64,000 bases of DNA from Chlorokybus atmophyticus. Lineage: Eukaryota > Plantae > Mesostigma and Chlorokybus algae. The position numbers were made by a program, and so were the translations under genes. A model generated the notes under the pieces. That model had not been told where the DNA came from and did not search any database. It saw only the letters and a program-made list of their open reading frames with translations. The stretch spans positions 49,377 through 113,376 of the forward strand of contig RHPI01000160.1 of assembly GCA_009103225.1 (NCBI GenBank). The letters run 5' to 3'. Below, piece after piece: positions 48,625-61,905 of the stretch; within the stretch, counting starts at the first letter, position 1; each line of letters starts with the position of its first letter.

Positions 48625-49829
48625 ATGCTCAACTCATACTACTCCACGGGGGGGGCAGATGCGTATATACCTGCGACTCTGCCATAAATTAGATAGCATT
48701 TGGGATATAGCGGATGGCGAGTACAACGTTAATGTGTTCCTTGTTGAAGACTGGTTTGACAAAAGTGGGCAACGGCTGTTTGACATTGAAATTCAAGGAA
48801 AATACACCTCTGCCTAGCTTGGATATTTTTGCAAAGGCGGGAGGCAACAATGCCATCGTAATTGGCCTCCTAACCAAGGTTTCTCGTGGTAAAAGGTATG
48901 TTGGATTTCTTGCCATACAAGCCCAGAGTTTCGGCCATCGCGGTAAGCCAAGTGCGATAGGGTGGGATTGGCATGCAATAGTTGCTGTATCATTTATCAT
49001 GCTAGCAGTATTGTTAGTAACTTACAGCACCAACGCTCTGTAATGCCACGCTCTTAAATGCTACGTAATTAAACACCAGACTTGATTAAACATTTGCACT
49101 TGTAAATGGTGTTGTACCGAGCAACGCTAGCTCACTATACATGCATATGTGCGTGTGTACAAACTCCTTAACTACAAAAATTAAGCATGTTGGGTGCATG
49201 ATCACATGGCATGATGTGCGCATACACTGCGTGCGCAAAGTATGAAGACATCATACGCTTCATTTCACCTTTGCAAAGCATCTCCAATTGCATGTTGCGT
49301 ATGCATTGCAAGTTTCACCAGGCATCTCGTTTAGTTTACTTGCAAACAAAAGGAGACTGTCTTGGCGAGGCAACCGGTCTGCACGAGATTGTTAGAATGA
49401 TGCGAGAATGCTTGCTGTCGTACAGCAAGGAGTCAACAGTAAGTATATCGACAAAAGCAAACAAAATACAATAGCATATGTGATCCCTACGTTGTCATCA
49501 GAAGAAGGGATTGCCCTTTCCACGACCCAGCACGTAATGCGCATGTCGCTGTATCAAAACAATTGGCTAGCAACCAATAAGTGTTGCATTATAAACTTCC
49601 CCAGAAGTTGCACCATACTTGCAGCGTGCACTTGCACGCAAACTTCACTCCATTTGCAGCTTATTTGAGGCATGGTTTCACTACTTAGGGGCGTTCCCGC
49701 CATTCCTTACATAGGTGGTTTGCTACAGCATGCCGACACTGCTGCACATACACACAAGTGCCATGCGATTGATGCCGAATCTGTTCGGTGTGCGCCATCA
49801 TTGTCATCTATCAGACAACAAGAAGCCAA

Positions 49830-52800
49830 CTAGCCAACAGCGGCGCGAGGCCGCATACCGGCTGCGCCTTGCGCAAGGATATCTCTTGCGGCTGTTGTAA
49901 AGAATGAGTTGTAATTGAGGCGCAGCAAAAACTGCCGCAGCATCGGCGCGCTCTGGCTGCCGGCCAGCTTGTTGCTGCGCAGCACTGTGTACAAGTAGTT
50001 GGACTTGCGGTTGAACTCCTGCATGACGCGACGCTGGGGGTCAATGCGTAGCACGCACGCATGCATCACGCATGCATGTTGTGTTTGCTGCGTACCTGCG
50101 TCAACTGCTCGACAGTGTTGGGATCAGCCTGGAAGTTGTCACTCTCAATCATCTGGCAGAGGCTGAGACAGAGCCGGATGATGTCGTTGAGCATGCTCGA
50201 TATCGTTCCGATGTTGAGGAAAGTCTGAGACACCAGCGCATTTAGGCACCTGCATAACACACACACGCCCGCGCTCACGCTCACGCACACATGACAACCA
50301 TGCGTATGCTGGGGCATTGACACCTCCTTCGACAAGTACTTACTCAGCGTGCGCTCTGACCAACTCGTTGAAGTCGTTGGACTCCGACACACGCTGCTGA
50401 AGAAGGGCATACTGCGACTCAATCACATCCACCTGCACGTACACAACAGCATACAGGATGCTGTTGACAACTTCAACAACAACATAAAGATGTGTGCGCG
50501 CGAATCACTCACCTGGATGTAGTACTGCAGGTTGGTGACGAGGTACGCCATGTGTTGCCTCAGCCGCCACACCGGCATGAACAGCCTCGCACGGTTCAAC
50601 GTGTTGTTGTTGTTGGTGGTGGTGTTGCCGCCGCCGGCCTGGTCCTTCTGCCGCGCGACCACCCACGCGTGGTCCAACATAAGCTGCAAACGTTTTAGAC
50701 GGAAAAGGTACTGGAACACCGTGTTGTACCTGCGGACACACACGCAGCATAAACAACAACTGATTAACCAGGACCAACACACTCTATACGCGCTCATATG
50801 GCATGCTCTTACCTTGCCATGGCTTCTTTCGTGAGCAGCAGTTGGAGTGGCCATTCAACCTTGTACGTAAGGGACACGCAGTCCCACGCATCGTATGCAG
50901 GGACCTGCACGTACATACAATGTCACATTGCACGCAACTTAAACAGAACACATTGAATCTCCAAGATGTGTTGCATGTGTCCAGTGCATGCCTGCAGTCT
51001 GGACGTCTCTACATCCTCTCCCGTGTCAGACGTCGAGGGCTTGTCTGCCAATGTTGGTATGCTGCACAAGCATGATCTCAATCCTGAGCATGAACCCATT
51101 GAGTAAGACTTTCACCCTGCACAGAGACTCACCTAAGTTTGACTCTGGCGAAGTACTTGTCATCCTCAGCACTACTCTTCAAAGCAGACTGCCCAAGGAG
51201 ATGGAGTCAAAAGTTAGCGTATGCATATTGCGTACTGTGGCTGCGCGGGTGCGAGGTGATACCTGCTGGAAGGGCACGTTCAAGTCGTGTTGGGCGGTGG
51301 CCGGGCGTGGCGGCATGCGCATGAGCGCGCGGCTCTCCTCCATGAAACACTGGAAGAAGTCCCCGCGCGCGAGGAGGAAGTAGTCCTTGAGGGCTTGCAG
51401 ATGGCCAGGAAGATCCGCTTGCACAACCACAAGCTGCGTACAACCACAGCACACACGCGGGCACAGGGCCAAACACATCTCAGATACAATAGCTATGCTG
51501 GCACGCTGCTCGCAATAGACTTAGCACTCACCTGCCATAGGTGTCGGGCCACAGCGGATCGGATGTCGTTGATAACCTTCTCAAACTGCAGACGCTGCGT
51601 GTCCGTTGATACCTGTCAAGCATGGGATACGTGTCATCTGCCATAAGCTTTGAATACCATCATACCATGTGTAACCTGCAGCTCCTGCAGTTGTGCAGCG
51701 AAGAGTTGAACTTCGTTTGTTGGCAGCAACTCCGTGCGGTTCTTGCTTGGCTGCGTGAAACACATGATTATCAATATGTGCGTGTGCACTCATTGCTGCA
51801 AGGGAATTACCACAATACAACGAGTTGCCACGCGCTCACCTGCATGAGGACCCGCACTGCCTTGCCGACAAACTCTATCTTCTGCGCCGTCGGGATGGAG
51901 ACCAGGTACGACGGCAGCATCTCAACCCTCACATCATACCTGACAGCAAGTAGCTGTCTTCAATATGCTATATTTGTTGTCATGGCAACCAGGCACGCTG
52001 CACTTGATAGAGCACACACGCATGCACGCCGCACACCTTCACAAGGCTATCTACTCACACACATTTATGCGATCCATACCCTGAGTGCCAGTCCTCCATT
52101 GCATCCTCTGATCGCCCTGTTAAGTGTGCATTCATGTTGTCGACACCCAATGAGCGGCGCCTGTGAGTGCGGTACGATGACATCAGTTTTTGTGAGAGAA
52201 GGTGTTCAAGGTTGGCCTTGCTCATCCCTGCTGCTTACTTGCGTATGAAGAACTCTGCGTGCTTGTCGATCAGCTGTCCGTGCACCATCCACGCCGCGAG
52301 CTGCCGGTACATCACCTGATGGCACTGCCAGAGCAACCTGCAACCAACGACTCAGAGACGGAAGCTCATGATAACAGCCTCATCACCACGAGAACACACA
52401 GCTGCGTGCACAAGAACACCCACCCACCCATTCCCACCTCCTGAACGCCGTCTGCAGCGCCGGCACCCCGCAATGCGTCCTGGCATGCATCAGATTCATC
52501 ATGGCCCCTCCCTTCAGCCCGTCCCCCTGCACCCTCCACACCAGCGCGTGGAGGGGAGGGAGGAGCACCTCCCAGGCTTGCAACGCCCCTTGCGCGCACG
52601 CGAGCACAGGAACATCACTGGATGAGAGGAGTAATGCGGACTCTAAACCAACTACAGCGTTGCGGTAGGAGTCGAGTTGTTCGTCGATGCCGAGGGCGAG
52701 GGCATGGCGGTGGAGGGACACGCGCACGCCAACATGGCCAGAGGTGGGGGAGGGAGTGTGGGGTGAGGTGAGGAGGTGGCGCTCGTGCTTGGCGAAGCGG

Positions 52801-53507
52801 TGGAGCTCGCGGTAGTGGTAGCCGAGGCGGACGAGGCGATCCAAAACCTGCACACGCAAGGTGTGAAGGGCACTACACGCTGTCTGCCTCACACTCAGTT
52901 GTCGTGCACTTGGTCAATCATGCGATTGGTCACTTACTCGCGCTTTCACTTACGAATACATGCATGCATGCATACGAGTGCATCCACCCGACCGTACAAA
53001 CTCCCAATATAGCATCCGCATTGCATGACCAAGCCAGCGCATTGGCCATGCGCGCAGCATGATAACAAACACCTCATTGGCGAACAAGGCTAGGCCAAGC
53101 AATGCCTGGCTAAGCCAATGTGGCCACAACATGGCGACCTGGTGACTACTTTTCAATCGCCAAGGATGCATTGTATATGCACTTCAAAGATCAGCAATTG
53201 TCAAATACCCACCCACCCAACCAACCAACTAACAAGCTTGCTCTTGCTTGTTCACCTCTCTCTCTGATGCTGTGACAAATGGCAGGTCAGCTGCGAGGCG
53301 AAACCTGACATCAAGCGGGTCTCTCACTCGCCAGCTGCCAGACTCATTGCCTCCTCCTCCTCCTCCTCCTCCTGGTCGTGCTCCTCCGCCTCCTGCTGGC
53401 CCCGCTGCAGGCCCAGCCCCGCCGCCTCCTGCCCGGACGTCGTCGTCGTCGTCCACGAACACCGCACCCGTGTGGCCCAGCAGCGCCACCAGCAGCTCGT
53501 GGATCAT
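49830..53507 (-). CDS. GCP4: Gamma-tubulin complex component 4, multi-exon
   Basis: MIHELLVALLGHTGAVF; VLDRLVRLGYHYRELHRF; LLWQCHQVMYRQLAAWMVHGQLIDKHAEFF; LQALKDYFLLARGDFFQCF; YNTVFQYLFRLKR; LRQHMAYLVTNLQYYIQ; LRQFLLRLNYNSFF; GT-AG introns. Confidence 0.92.
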
Positions 53508-53797
53508 CGCCGCCGCCCGCCGCCCACCCCGGCCCGGCCTGGCCCGGCTTGGCCTGGTCGAGTCAGCAGTTGTGGCCTGGTCTGGCCTAAGCGGCGGCGG
53601 CGGCGTGCTTGTGGTAGAGTGAGGAGGCAAAGTTGATATTGTTACTGTCGTTGTCGTCGTCGGGTTGGTCTGGCCAGGCGGTGGCGTTGCGCAGGTAGTC
53701 TTGCTGAGACAGGGGAGGCAGCTGCCTGTGTGCATGCTTGACTGGACAGCGCCATTGTCATCAAGCAAGCATGTAGTAGCATGCTTGTCCTCCTCCC
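53508..53797. promoter_or_regulatory. Putative compact bidirectional promoter (GCP4 / chlorophyllase)
   Basis: Only 290 bp separate the two divergent inferred ATGs; GC-rich. Confidence 0.5.
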
Positions 53798-55606
53798 ATG
53801 GCTCAGTCAACAACAGCGGCGGCGGCGGCGGTGGTCAGGAGAGCCGCCGCCGCTGCTGCCAGCGACGTGTGGAAGCCTGGCAAGTATGCTGTGGTGTGGA
53901 CTAATCTGGCAGAAGCCTCCACAGCACAGACACGCGCGCAATCACCACCATCGACATTGTCTCAGCCTCAGAGGTGCAGCGGGCGCAAGTCAACAAGTGA
54001 TGTGCTTGCTTGTCCCCACCCCTCTCATCCCCGCCTTGCATGCATGTGGCAGTTGTCTTCACGAGTACATGCGTATATGACACACTGTGATTGCAGTTGT
54101 TCTGGTCGCTTTGATGACAGAGAAGACACAGACATGCGTGCGTGTGTGCGACCACAGACACATGTACACACTTCTACACATGCGCACGCGCGCATCCGAC
54201 GCATGCACATGCACGCCCCTGTGACATAGTGAAACNGCTGATAAGTTATTCAGCGTTTGTTGCATGCGACTCTGCTTCAGCCGTGTGTGCGTGTAATCAA
54301 GACAGCACTGTCACTACACTGCTTGTGTGTGGCGGTACACACGCACCAGGTTTGCATGCACAAGGCTTGATATTCTTTTACGCAGCAGCGGCACAGCAAA
54401 CAGTGCCGTGCTTCCCCCAAAGCCACTTCTGATCGCCAGCCCAAAGAGCTCGAGCTCGGAAGCGCACGGCGTGGTGCTGTTCGTGCACGGCTTCATCATG
54501 CTCAACTCATACTACTCCACGCTCATCGAACACATCGCCTCGCACGGATACATCGTCGTCGCACCGCAGGTGAGTGGGTGGGTGGGTGGGTGGGGTGGGG
54601 TGGGGCAGTGAGCACGCGTGCTGTGCTTGTGTATGTGCATGTATCTTCGTTTGTGTGTGTGTGCGCGTGCCTGCTTGTGTGCGTACGAGTAGTACTAGTG
54701 CGTTGGTTGGTTCTTCTAATTGATCGTTGTTGGGTGACAACAACCACAACTCTACTCGCAGTGTTACACGCTCTCGGTGAGTGCGAGCTGTGTTGACGAG
54801 CTTCGGGCGTTGTCACACGTGCTCGACTGGCTGCCCGACAACTTGGCCGCATTCCTCGCATCGTCCACGCCCGATCTGAGAAAGCTGGTGCTTGCGGGCC
54901 ACAGCCGCGGGGGAAAAGTGGCTCATGCGCTGGCGCTCGGCCTCGAATCCACCTTCCAACTCAAAGTCAGCGGCCTGATAGGTTGGTGCAGAGACTATTG
55001 TAGTGGGTGTGTGTGGGTGGGTGGGTGGGTGGGGGCGTGGGCATGCACGTGTAGAGACAACAACAGGCTTGAACTCTTGCTTTGCAGGTTTTGATCCTGT
55101 GGACGGGGATAAAAGCTGCGTCCCGCGTGTGACAGAGAGCAGCTTTGGGTTTCCGTTCTCGACACTGCTCATTGGGAGGTGTGACAACATCTGTGAGACC
55201 CGTGAGCCTCATGCCACACTTGATTGAGTCGACTCATGCATGCATGTGCGTGCGTAGTGGGTTGGGAGACAAGGGCAGAGTGCCGTGCGCGCCGGCGCAG
55301 ACGAGTCACAACGCCTTCTTCAACGCGTGCACGAGCCGCGTGTACCGTTTCATCGGCGAGGGCGCTGGCCACATGGACTTCCTCGACACCCACATCCCGA
55401 AGCTCCCGCTCATCAACTGGCTCGCCACGCACGTGTGCGCGCCTCATCGACATCACGACCGCACACCCATGCGCACATTCGCAGCGGGCGTGGCGGTGGC
55501 ATACTTGCGCTCCATCTTTGATATTGGCAGCACCGTCCTTGAGGATATCGTCGCTAAGCTCGATAGCGTTCCGGATATCAAAGTCACTGCCCAAGTGAAG
55601 AGTTGA
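53798..55606 (+). CDS. CLH: Chlorophyllase (alpha/beta hydrolase), about 5 exons
   Basis: DVWKPGKY; PPKPLLIASP..VLFVHGF..YYSTLIEHIASHGYIVVAPQ; LAGHSRGGKVA (nucleophile Ser); DPVDG; GHMDFLD. Exon 1 (53798-53973) ends in phase 2, matching the acceptor near 54385-54388. Confidence 0.92.
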
Positions 55607-56199
55607 CTACCCGCCCGCATCCATCATTGTGGTTTTACCTGTACAGTGTGTACTGGGGGTAGGCAGCTACGTGTACATGACCTTGTGTAATAGTGAGTTG
55701 CCTAGCGCTATAGCTGCAGTTTTAGGAACACGTGAAAAGACTCATTGTTTTTGATAAGAAGTTTGGCTGCAGCAAATGAATTGGTATGTGCTTGGGGACA
55801 AGTTGGTTTGCTGGTACGCGGCGCACCAGGTTTATGTACTTTTATGAACTTGCTGCAACAGCTCGCAACTTGAACAGCATTACTCAAATCTCACGGATAA
55901 GGGAACAGCTTGGACTCGTTATTTTACACTGCCAAGGTAGGAAGAGGTCTAGCTGATCTGGATAAGAGGTTGTTCAATATGTTAACTACAACTGTGCCCT
56001 GGCTACTGATAAATTGCCGTGCGCATTTCAAAGCCAAAGGTGTGTGCTACGAGCTTGTGAGTTTCACCGCAGCGAGCTTCCCAGTTAGGGCATCAACGCT
56101 TTTGGTTTGTGGCTTTCGCGGCCGCCCTTTATTGCGCAAGCTTTCCATCATCATCCGGCGCACCTAATAAAGCAACTTGAACATCCAGTTTTGCATCAA

Positions 56200-58157
56200 G
56201 GTGTACCCAACCTTGTCTGAATGATATGTCTCACCTCCGCTTCTGCCACAATGCCTTCATCTGATTTGGTTTGTGAGGGTTGCTTTTTGACTGGTTTAGA
56301 CTGGCGCTCCTAAGTTGCACAAGCAGCCAACATTTGCTCACGAACACAATCCGATGTTTAAAGAAAGATGTTGAGGTGTTCAGATAAGGGTTGACACCGT
56401 GTACCTTCTTGTCTTGCAGTGCGTCCCACTCTTGTTGCAGCTTCAACATCTCAGTCTCCAGGTGCGCAGCCTTCGGTGGCTCCACCTGATTGACAATAAC
56501 CACGCCACAATCAACCACCGAAAGCAGCGAGCACAAGCGCCCGCGGGTACAGACAGACGCACACACACGCCCATGTGCACGCACATGCACGCGTTGACAT
56601 GCATAACACACATGTTGTACAATCACTCAATGCTTGTGTGACGCACCTCAGTGGACACAACGGAGAGCGTGGCACTGCCATGTTCCCCCATGACAACGTC
56701 GACGGCGGCAGGCAGGCTTGCGGTGCGCTCCTTCCTCGCTGTCGCAACCTTCTTCGCGGCAACCTTCTCTGGCGTGTGGTTGGTTGCAACGTCAGCACCG
56801 TACACCACGCGCATGTGCTGTGCGTTCCTCTCTACAAGCATCTGCACACACAGCCGCAAGTGTAGAGTGTTGCGTGGACTTCTGATCGCATGAAATGGAT
56901 GTATTGTGCATGCGCACACATGCATGCGAACATGCACACACGCGCTCAAAAACACACGCGCGCATATGCGCACGTGCACATGCGCGCGCACACAATCCAG
57001 TGCTTGCCTGTGCTTCCAGCTTCTTTCTCTCCTGCAACGCGGCTTCTGCTTTCCTGCGCATCTCCTCCACTTCCGGATCAAGCGCCTGCGCAGACACACA
57101 ACACTGTCAACTTGCTCTCTTGTTGTGCACATATAACAATCAGAGAGAGAAAGGCGTCACCTTTGTGTCGCGGCCGCGCTGTGCCCTGAGCCTGCGCCGC
57201 AACTCGACGTTCTGCCTGTCGAGCTCCTCCTGCATCGCCAACTTGGCCGCAAGCCGACGCTGCTCCAACACCTGCACAAACACATGCACACGAGAATGTG
57301 CACACGCGCACATGCACAAATGTACACAACATACTGAGTAGGCTTCCTTGCAATGCGTCCCCTGGAAGTGTGACCAACCATCACCCAACCGACCTGGCGC
57401 TTGGCTTCAACATCGGGAGTGAGAGCCTTTTCGTCGCGGCCACTCGCAACTTGCTTCAGCCGCTCTTGCAACTAACACACAGACACAACACGCACCAAGT
57501 GACTCCAATGCTTGAGGCAGTGTGTGTGCGTGTGTGCATGTCACACAACTCACCTGCATGTGCTGTTGGGCTGTCTGCTCCGCCTCCGCCCGCTTCTTCT
57601 CCAGCATCGCCGCCTCGCTGCGCCGCCTGAGCTCCTCAACCTCCTCATCCAACACCTGTGTGCTTATCTTGTTGTTGCAAGAATGCGTGAGATGACCGTA
57701 ACTACAACACAACAATGCATGGTGCTTGCCTTGGCGTCACGCCCACGCTGTGACCGCAGCTTCTTCTTATATTCCGCATTCTCCGCCGCCAACTATAAGA
57801 GAAGCATTGCATGTGTGTATGTGAATATGTATGCAGCAAGCATGTCCCACGATCCATCCCAACCAGCCGCCCCACCTGCATGATATGCGCTCTCTGCTGT
57901 TCCAGTCTCTGAAGCTCCAGCGCCTTCCGTCTCGCCTCCACGTCAGCGTCCAGCGCCTTGGCGTCCCTCCCTCCCCCCGCCGACACCGACGCCATCCTCT
58001 CCTGCAGCCGCCTGTTCGCCTCCTTCAGCCTGGCCTCCTGGGCCGCCTTGTCCTGGAGACGACGGAGACGGCTGGACTCGCGAGCGGCCTCCACCTGAGG
58101 AGACAACTCCTTGACGTCCTTGCCACGCTTGGCAGCCTTGGCCGCCGGGGAAGCCAT
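56200..58157 (-). CDS. Unknown coiled-coil protein with internal GRDxKxLxx[DE]VE repeats, at least 7 exons
   Basis: In-phase spliced exons from the ATG at 58157: ..GGGRDAKALDADVEARRK.., VLDEEVEELRRR, SGRDEKALTPDVEAKRQ, QRGRDTK|ALDPEVEEMRRK. The 3' end is uncertain. Confidence 0.7.
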
Positions 58158-59009
58158 CGCCAGGCACGCCTCTTCCCCCGCCGCCGCCGGCGCCACGTAG
58201 GCCAATGGATTCCAACAAAGAGCCGTTATGGTCGGGTGGATGGATTGCAAGTGCGGCCCCGTCGATGTCCATGCTGTTGCAATTCAAGTCATGTCATGTC
58301 ATGTGTATCACATCTGAGGACAAAGTTATGATAGACGCTGTTAACACCACTTTTGGCCCTCTGCGTGCTTGTGGTCTAGGGGTATGATAATTGCCTCCCA
58401 CGCTACTGATCCGGATTCGAGTCTTAAGATTGGTAAGGCACTCTCGTGTTGAGAACTTAATAGAGTTGATGCGTTGGGGGAGGGGGTGGGAGGCTGGATC
58501 TTAAATTGATAAGGAGACACATCAGCACATCACCTATAGCAGCAAGTACATACCATCAACGTGACCACTTTGATTACCAAAGCACAACTATTGCAGAAGG
58601 GCATACTACTATGCGCATCTATACATACATACAAGGCAAAATTAGGGGTGCGGCTGATCGGGCGGGAGGCGAGCGGCCGTCACCAGTGACTCACCACACA
58701 AGAATTGTCAGCACAATCCGTCAGTGCAAGCTGAGGCCTGTCACACGCCATCTCACCGCCACAACAGGCATTAAAGCAGCGACGGACGGGACGTAGCGCG
58801 ACATTGCAGCACAGCATATGGTGTCACTTGATAGAGTATCGTTTGATGTGCTAGCGTACGGGATTATATGGCGCGATATGCTCAACAGCATATGGATGGA
58901 TATCACACATATGATATCATGCGTGCAATGTGACCGGAACTCTACCAACTCAGCGACGTAAACGATTTCCGGTTCCGTCATATTAACTCAGTTTATGTCG
59001 CATTATGAG

Positions 59010-59198
59010 CTGAACTCTTTCAACAAGGAACTCACGACATGTTATGCGACATCGCATCATACCAAGCCATATCATACCATATGGTGTCACGGCGATCGGC
59101 ATGGCGGCATATGATATCATATGGCGTAATATGGCAGAATGTCGCGCGACGTCGCTGGACATCGTGAGTTCCTTGTGCGTCATGTTAACAGAGTTCAG
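59010..59198. repeat. MITE-like nested inverted repeat in CATATG/GATATC-rich DNA
   Basis: ACAAGGAACTCACGA (59023-59037) / TCGTGAGTTCCTTGT (59162-59176); outer CTGAACTCT / AGAGTTCAG. Confidence 0.65.
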
Positions 59199-60558
59199 GG
59201 TTCAGGGTTCACACTGTGGGTCTGTGCGTGATGTGTGCAGCGTATGATGTGATATGATATGCGCCCGGGCGATATGGTTGACGACTACCACGGCCCGAAA
59301 ATCAAGTCGCATGTAGCTCTTCAACGGCAGCAACGCCAAGATTGTTTAGCGTAGCCGCCGCGTCGTTCCAATGGTGCATTGCGTTGCTTACTTATGTAGG
59401 TTGCATGGCGGGTTCTCGGCGTGTTGCCATCTTTAAAGAATACTTCGTCCGCTGCATCTACGGCTGCAACCTCACAGGCATACACAAAGGCCGGATCCCC
59501 ATAGTGGGAGTGCAAAACTTCAGGTCTCACCTTACTAGCGGTATCCACAAGGACGCCTTAAATGCATTAACACGCCAACAGCAAGACGACTTGCTGAAGT
59601 ACTAGTTGGATATGGTGAGTCCTGCATGCATGGCATGTACTGTTGTGCACGGGTCAAATATCAAACTGCTCCACAGCCTGGGAGCCTAACAATGTGCAAT
59701 GTTATTGTCAACTTACTTTGAGTGCATGTTGCTGCCTGCATGATCGCACAATTGACGAAATTATGCGGGATCCAAATCATGTTTATGTACTTGTTGCCAC
59801 TTAGGGTCGGGCTGCAGTGGCACGACACAACTTCAATCCTACTGTCGGTGCCTTTATGCCAGTTGCTGGAACGTGGCCTTTGCAGCAACAACCCCCCTGC
59901 CACCGTCGCTGCATGATGTTTTGCAACCTGTTAAAATCTTATACGATCCTAACCTCATCTAAGACACCAACGCCAGTGCCATGACGGTGCCAACATGTAC
60001 GTGACTACGTCGCAAATTTTACACGGTGACTGACTACGGACTGAGGGACTGACTGGTGCCTGAGCCTGCCTGTCGCTGCCTGACATACTACTTGGACTGT
60101 TGGGTTTGCCGTTGGCTTAAATGGACTGACGCAGACGGTCGCGGGCCGAAAGTGGTTATCAGTGGCACTAACCGGCCGAGAGTTGTCAACAAGTTACCCT
60201 TTGGTTGACGTGCACAAACGGCCGTTAGCCGGTAGTTACGGACAACTGACAGCAATAGCCGGCAGTTTCTTTGCCGTTACACTGCTGTTAATATGGTACC
60301 CTTGCCGTTTGACAAAAGGTGGCAATTCTTGCCGTAAGCCAACATCAACATGCCATGCAGCTTGTACAAACCTTGTACTGATTGTTTGGTCTTGCACCTA
60401 TAAGCCCACAATATATACAATGTACCGGCAGTGGTGAGAGTATGTCCACTTGCAACTGAGCAACCGACTTGCGCATGAAGCTACCCTATAACATTGAGTC
60501 TAGCTGTCGGACTCATGCGCAACTTGTCAACCCGTGGTGCCTGCCTCAGAACTCCTCC

Positions 60559-61129
60559 TCAAACCCCCTCCTGTTGTTCCTCCTCCAACAAGTCTTCTGC
60601 TTCAACGCCGGAGTCATCTTCATCCGCTGCCTCGCTCGCTGACAGTACAGCGGCTACTTCGTCCTTCAGCTTGAATGTCAGCGCCTCGCCGTGCACGCGC
60701 ATGCGCTTCATGGTCGCTTTGAGAGTGACCATCTGCATTTGGTAATGCTGTAAGAGTGGATTTACGGCAACAAAGGACTAGCCCATCAGCACACACATGC
60801 TTACCTCGTCTTCCGCTTTGTTGCACTCCGCCAGGCAGACAGTCAGCCTGCCGCGCTGCTCTCGGTTCACTCCAACCAACATGGCAATCTGCAAGCATAC
60901 TGCTTAAATACCGCTGAAAACATTAAACTAGGTCATGGATTACCCGTTCGTGGTACTCCGCAACTTCTCTTTTGCGACTTGTGAGCTCCCGCAAGTAGAA
61001 ATAGGCTGTGCATTTGCGAGATTGGTCATGCTGTTCATGTGCATGACACTGGAGGTTGTGCATGAGGGTGTGCATGTGGTATTGACAGTGTATGTCAAGT
61101 GCAAGATACTTGAGGCTGTGCATGTGCAA
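60559..61129 (-). CDS. Small spliced ORF of unknown function with an acidic tail (possibly TE-encoded)
   Basis: Three phase-0 GT-AG exons join in frame: ..KCTAYFYLRELTSRKREVAEYHER|IAMLVGVNREQRGRLTVCLAECNKAEDE|HYQMQMVTLKATMKR..DEDDSGVEAEDLLEEEQQEGV*. Confidence 0.45.
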
Positions 61130-61905
61130 GATAAAAGAACCCTAGCATGTGGCATTGACAGTGCATTGTAACCCACCTTGGTTATGCCAGTCTTGTTTGG
61201 TCCCTTTAATCATGTCGCCGTGGTCGCAGCTGCTGGTGGGTCGAATTTTCTTAGAGGCAGTTTTGTGGTGTGCCTTTGCCCACTCGGAGGGGGAGCCCTG
61301 TAAAATATCGCCCGAGTCACTGTTGTCATTGGCTGTGCCCTTGGTAGGCATGGTGGGGTTTGACACCGAGGACACCCCTCCGACACCCTGCCCGCCCTGT
61401 GCGAACATGGAATTCATCCCGGACCTCGACCACAATGCCCACTACGCCCCTGGCAGCGCCACCAACGATCCTCCAAACGCCACATACCCTCGGCATCACG
61501 CCCCTGTAATGGCATAGCTTGGCGGAGCTATTAATGGTGTTTTCATGCGCAGGGGGACTGACATTGCCAGAGTTGTCAATGGTACGAACTGCCATTGCCA
61601 CTATACAAAGGTACCATTTCAATGGTACCTTTCAACAAAGGCATCTTCGTACCATTGAAACGGTTCAATCAGTATATATATATATATATATATATATATC
61701 CAGAGACTCACCCTGGACGTGCAATGGCTCGATCGTACCATAATAATGGTACGACGGAGCCAGTGAATGGCGGCCAAGTTTCCCGCCTCTGGCATGCAAG
61801 GGTAGCGGTGGCGGTGGCGGTGGCGGCGGCGGCGGCGGGTGTGCATGTTGCTGGATATGATGCATGTTACATTGGTGACACCTGTGTCGACGTTAGTAGT
61901 GAGAT

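Noticed and set aside
48625-48648. 24-bp exact copy of chlorophyllase sequence (54498-54521) next to the gap
   Set aside because: It sits directly against an N run and poly-G, so it is most likely a gap-filling or assembly artefact. Raw reads could rescue it.
59190-59212. Telomere-like (TTCAGGG)2
   Set aside because: Two copies are not enough to call an interstitial telomere.
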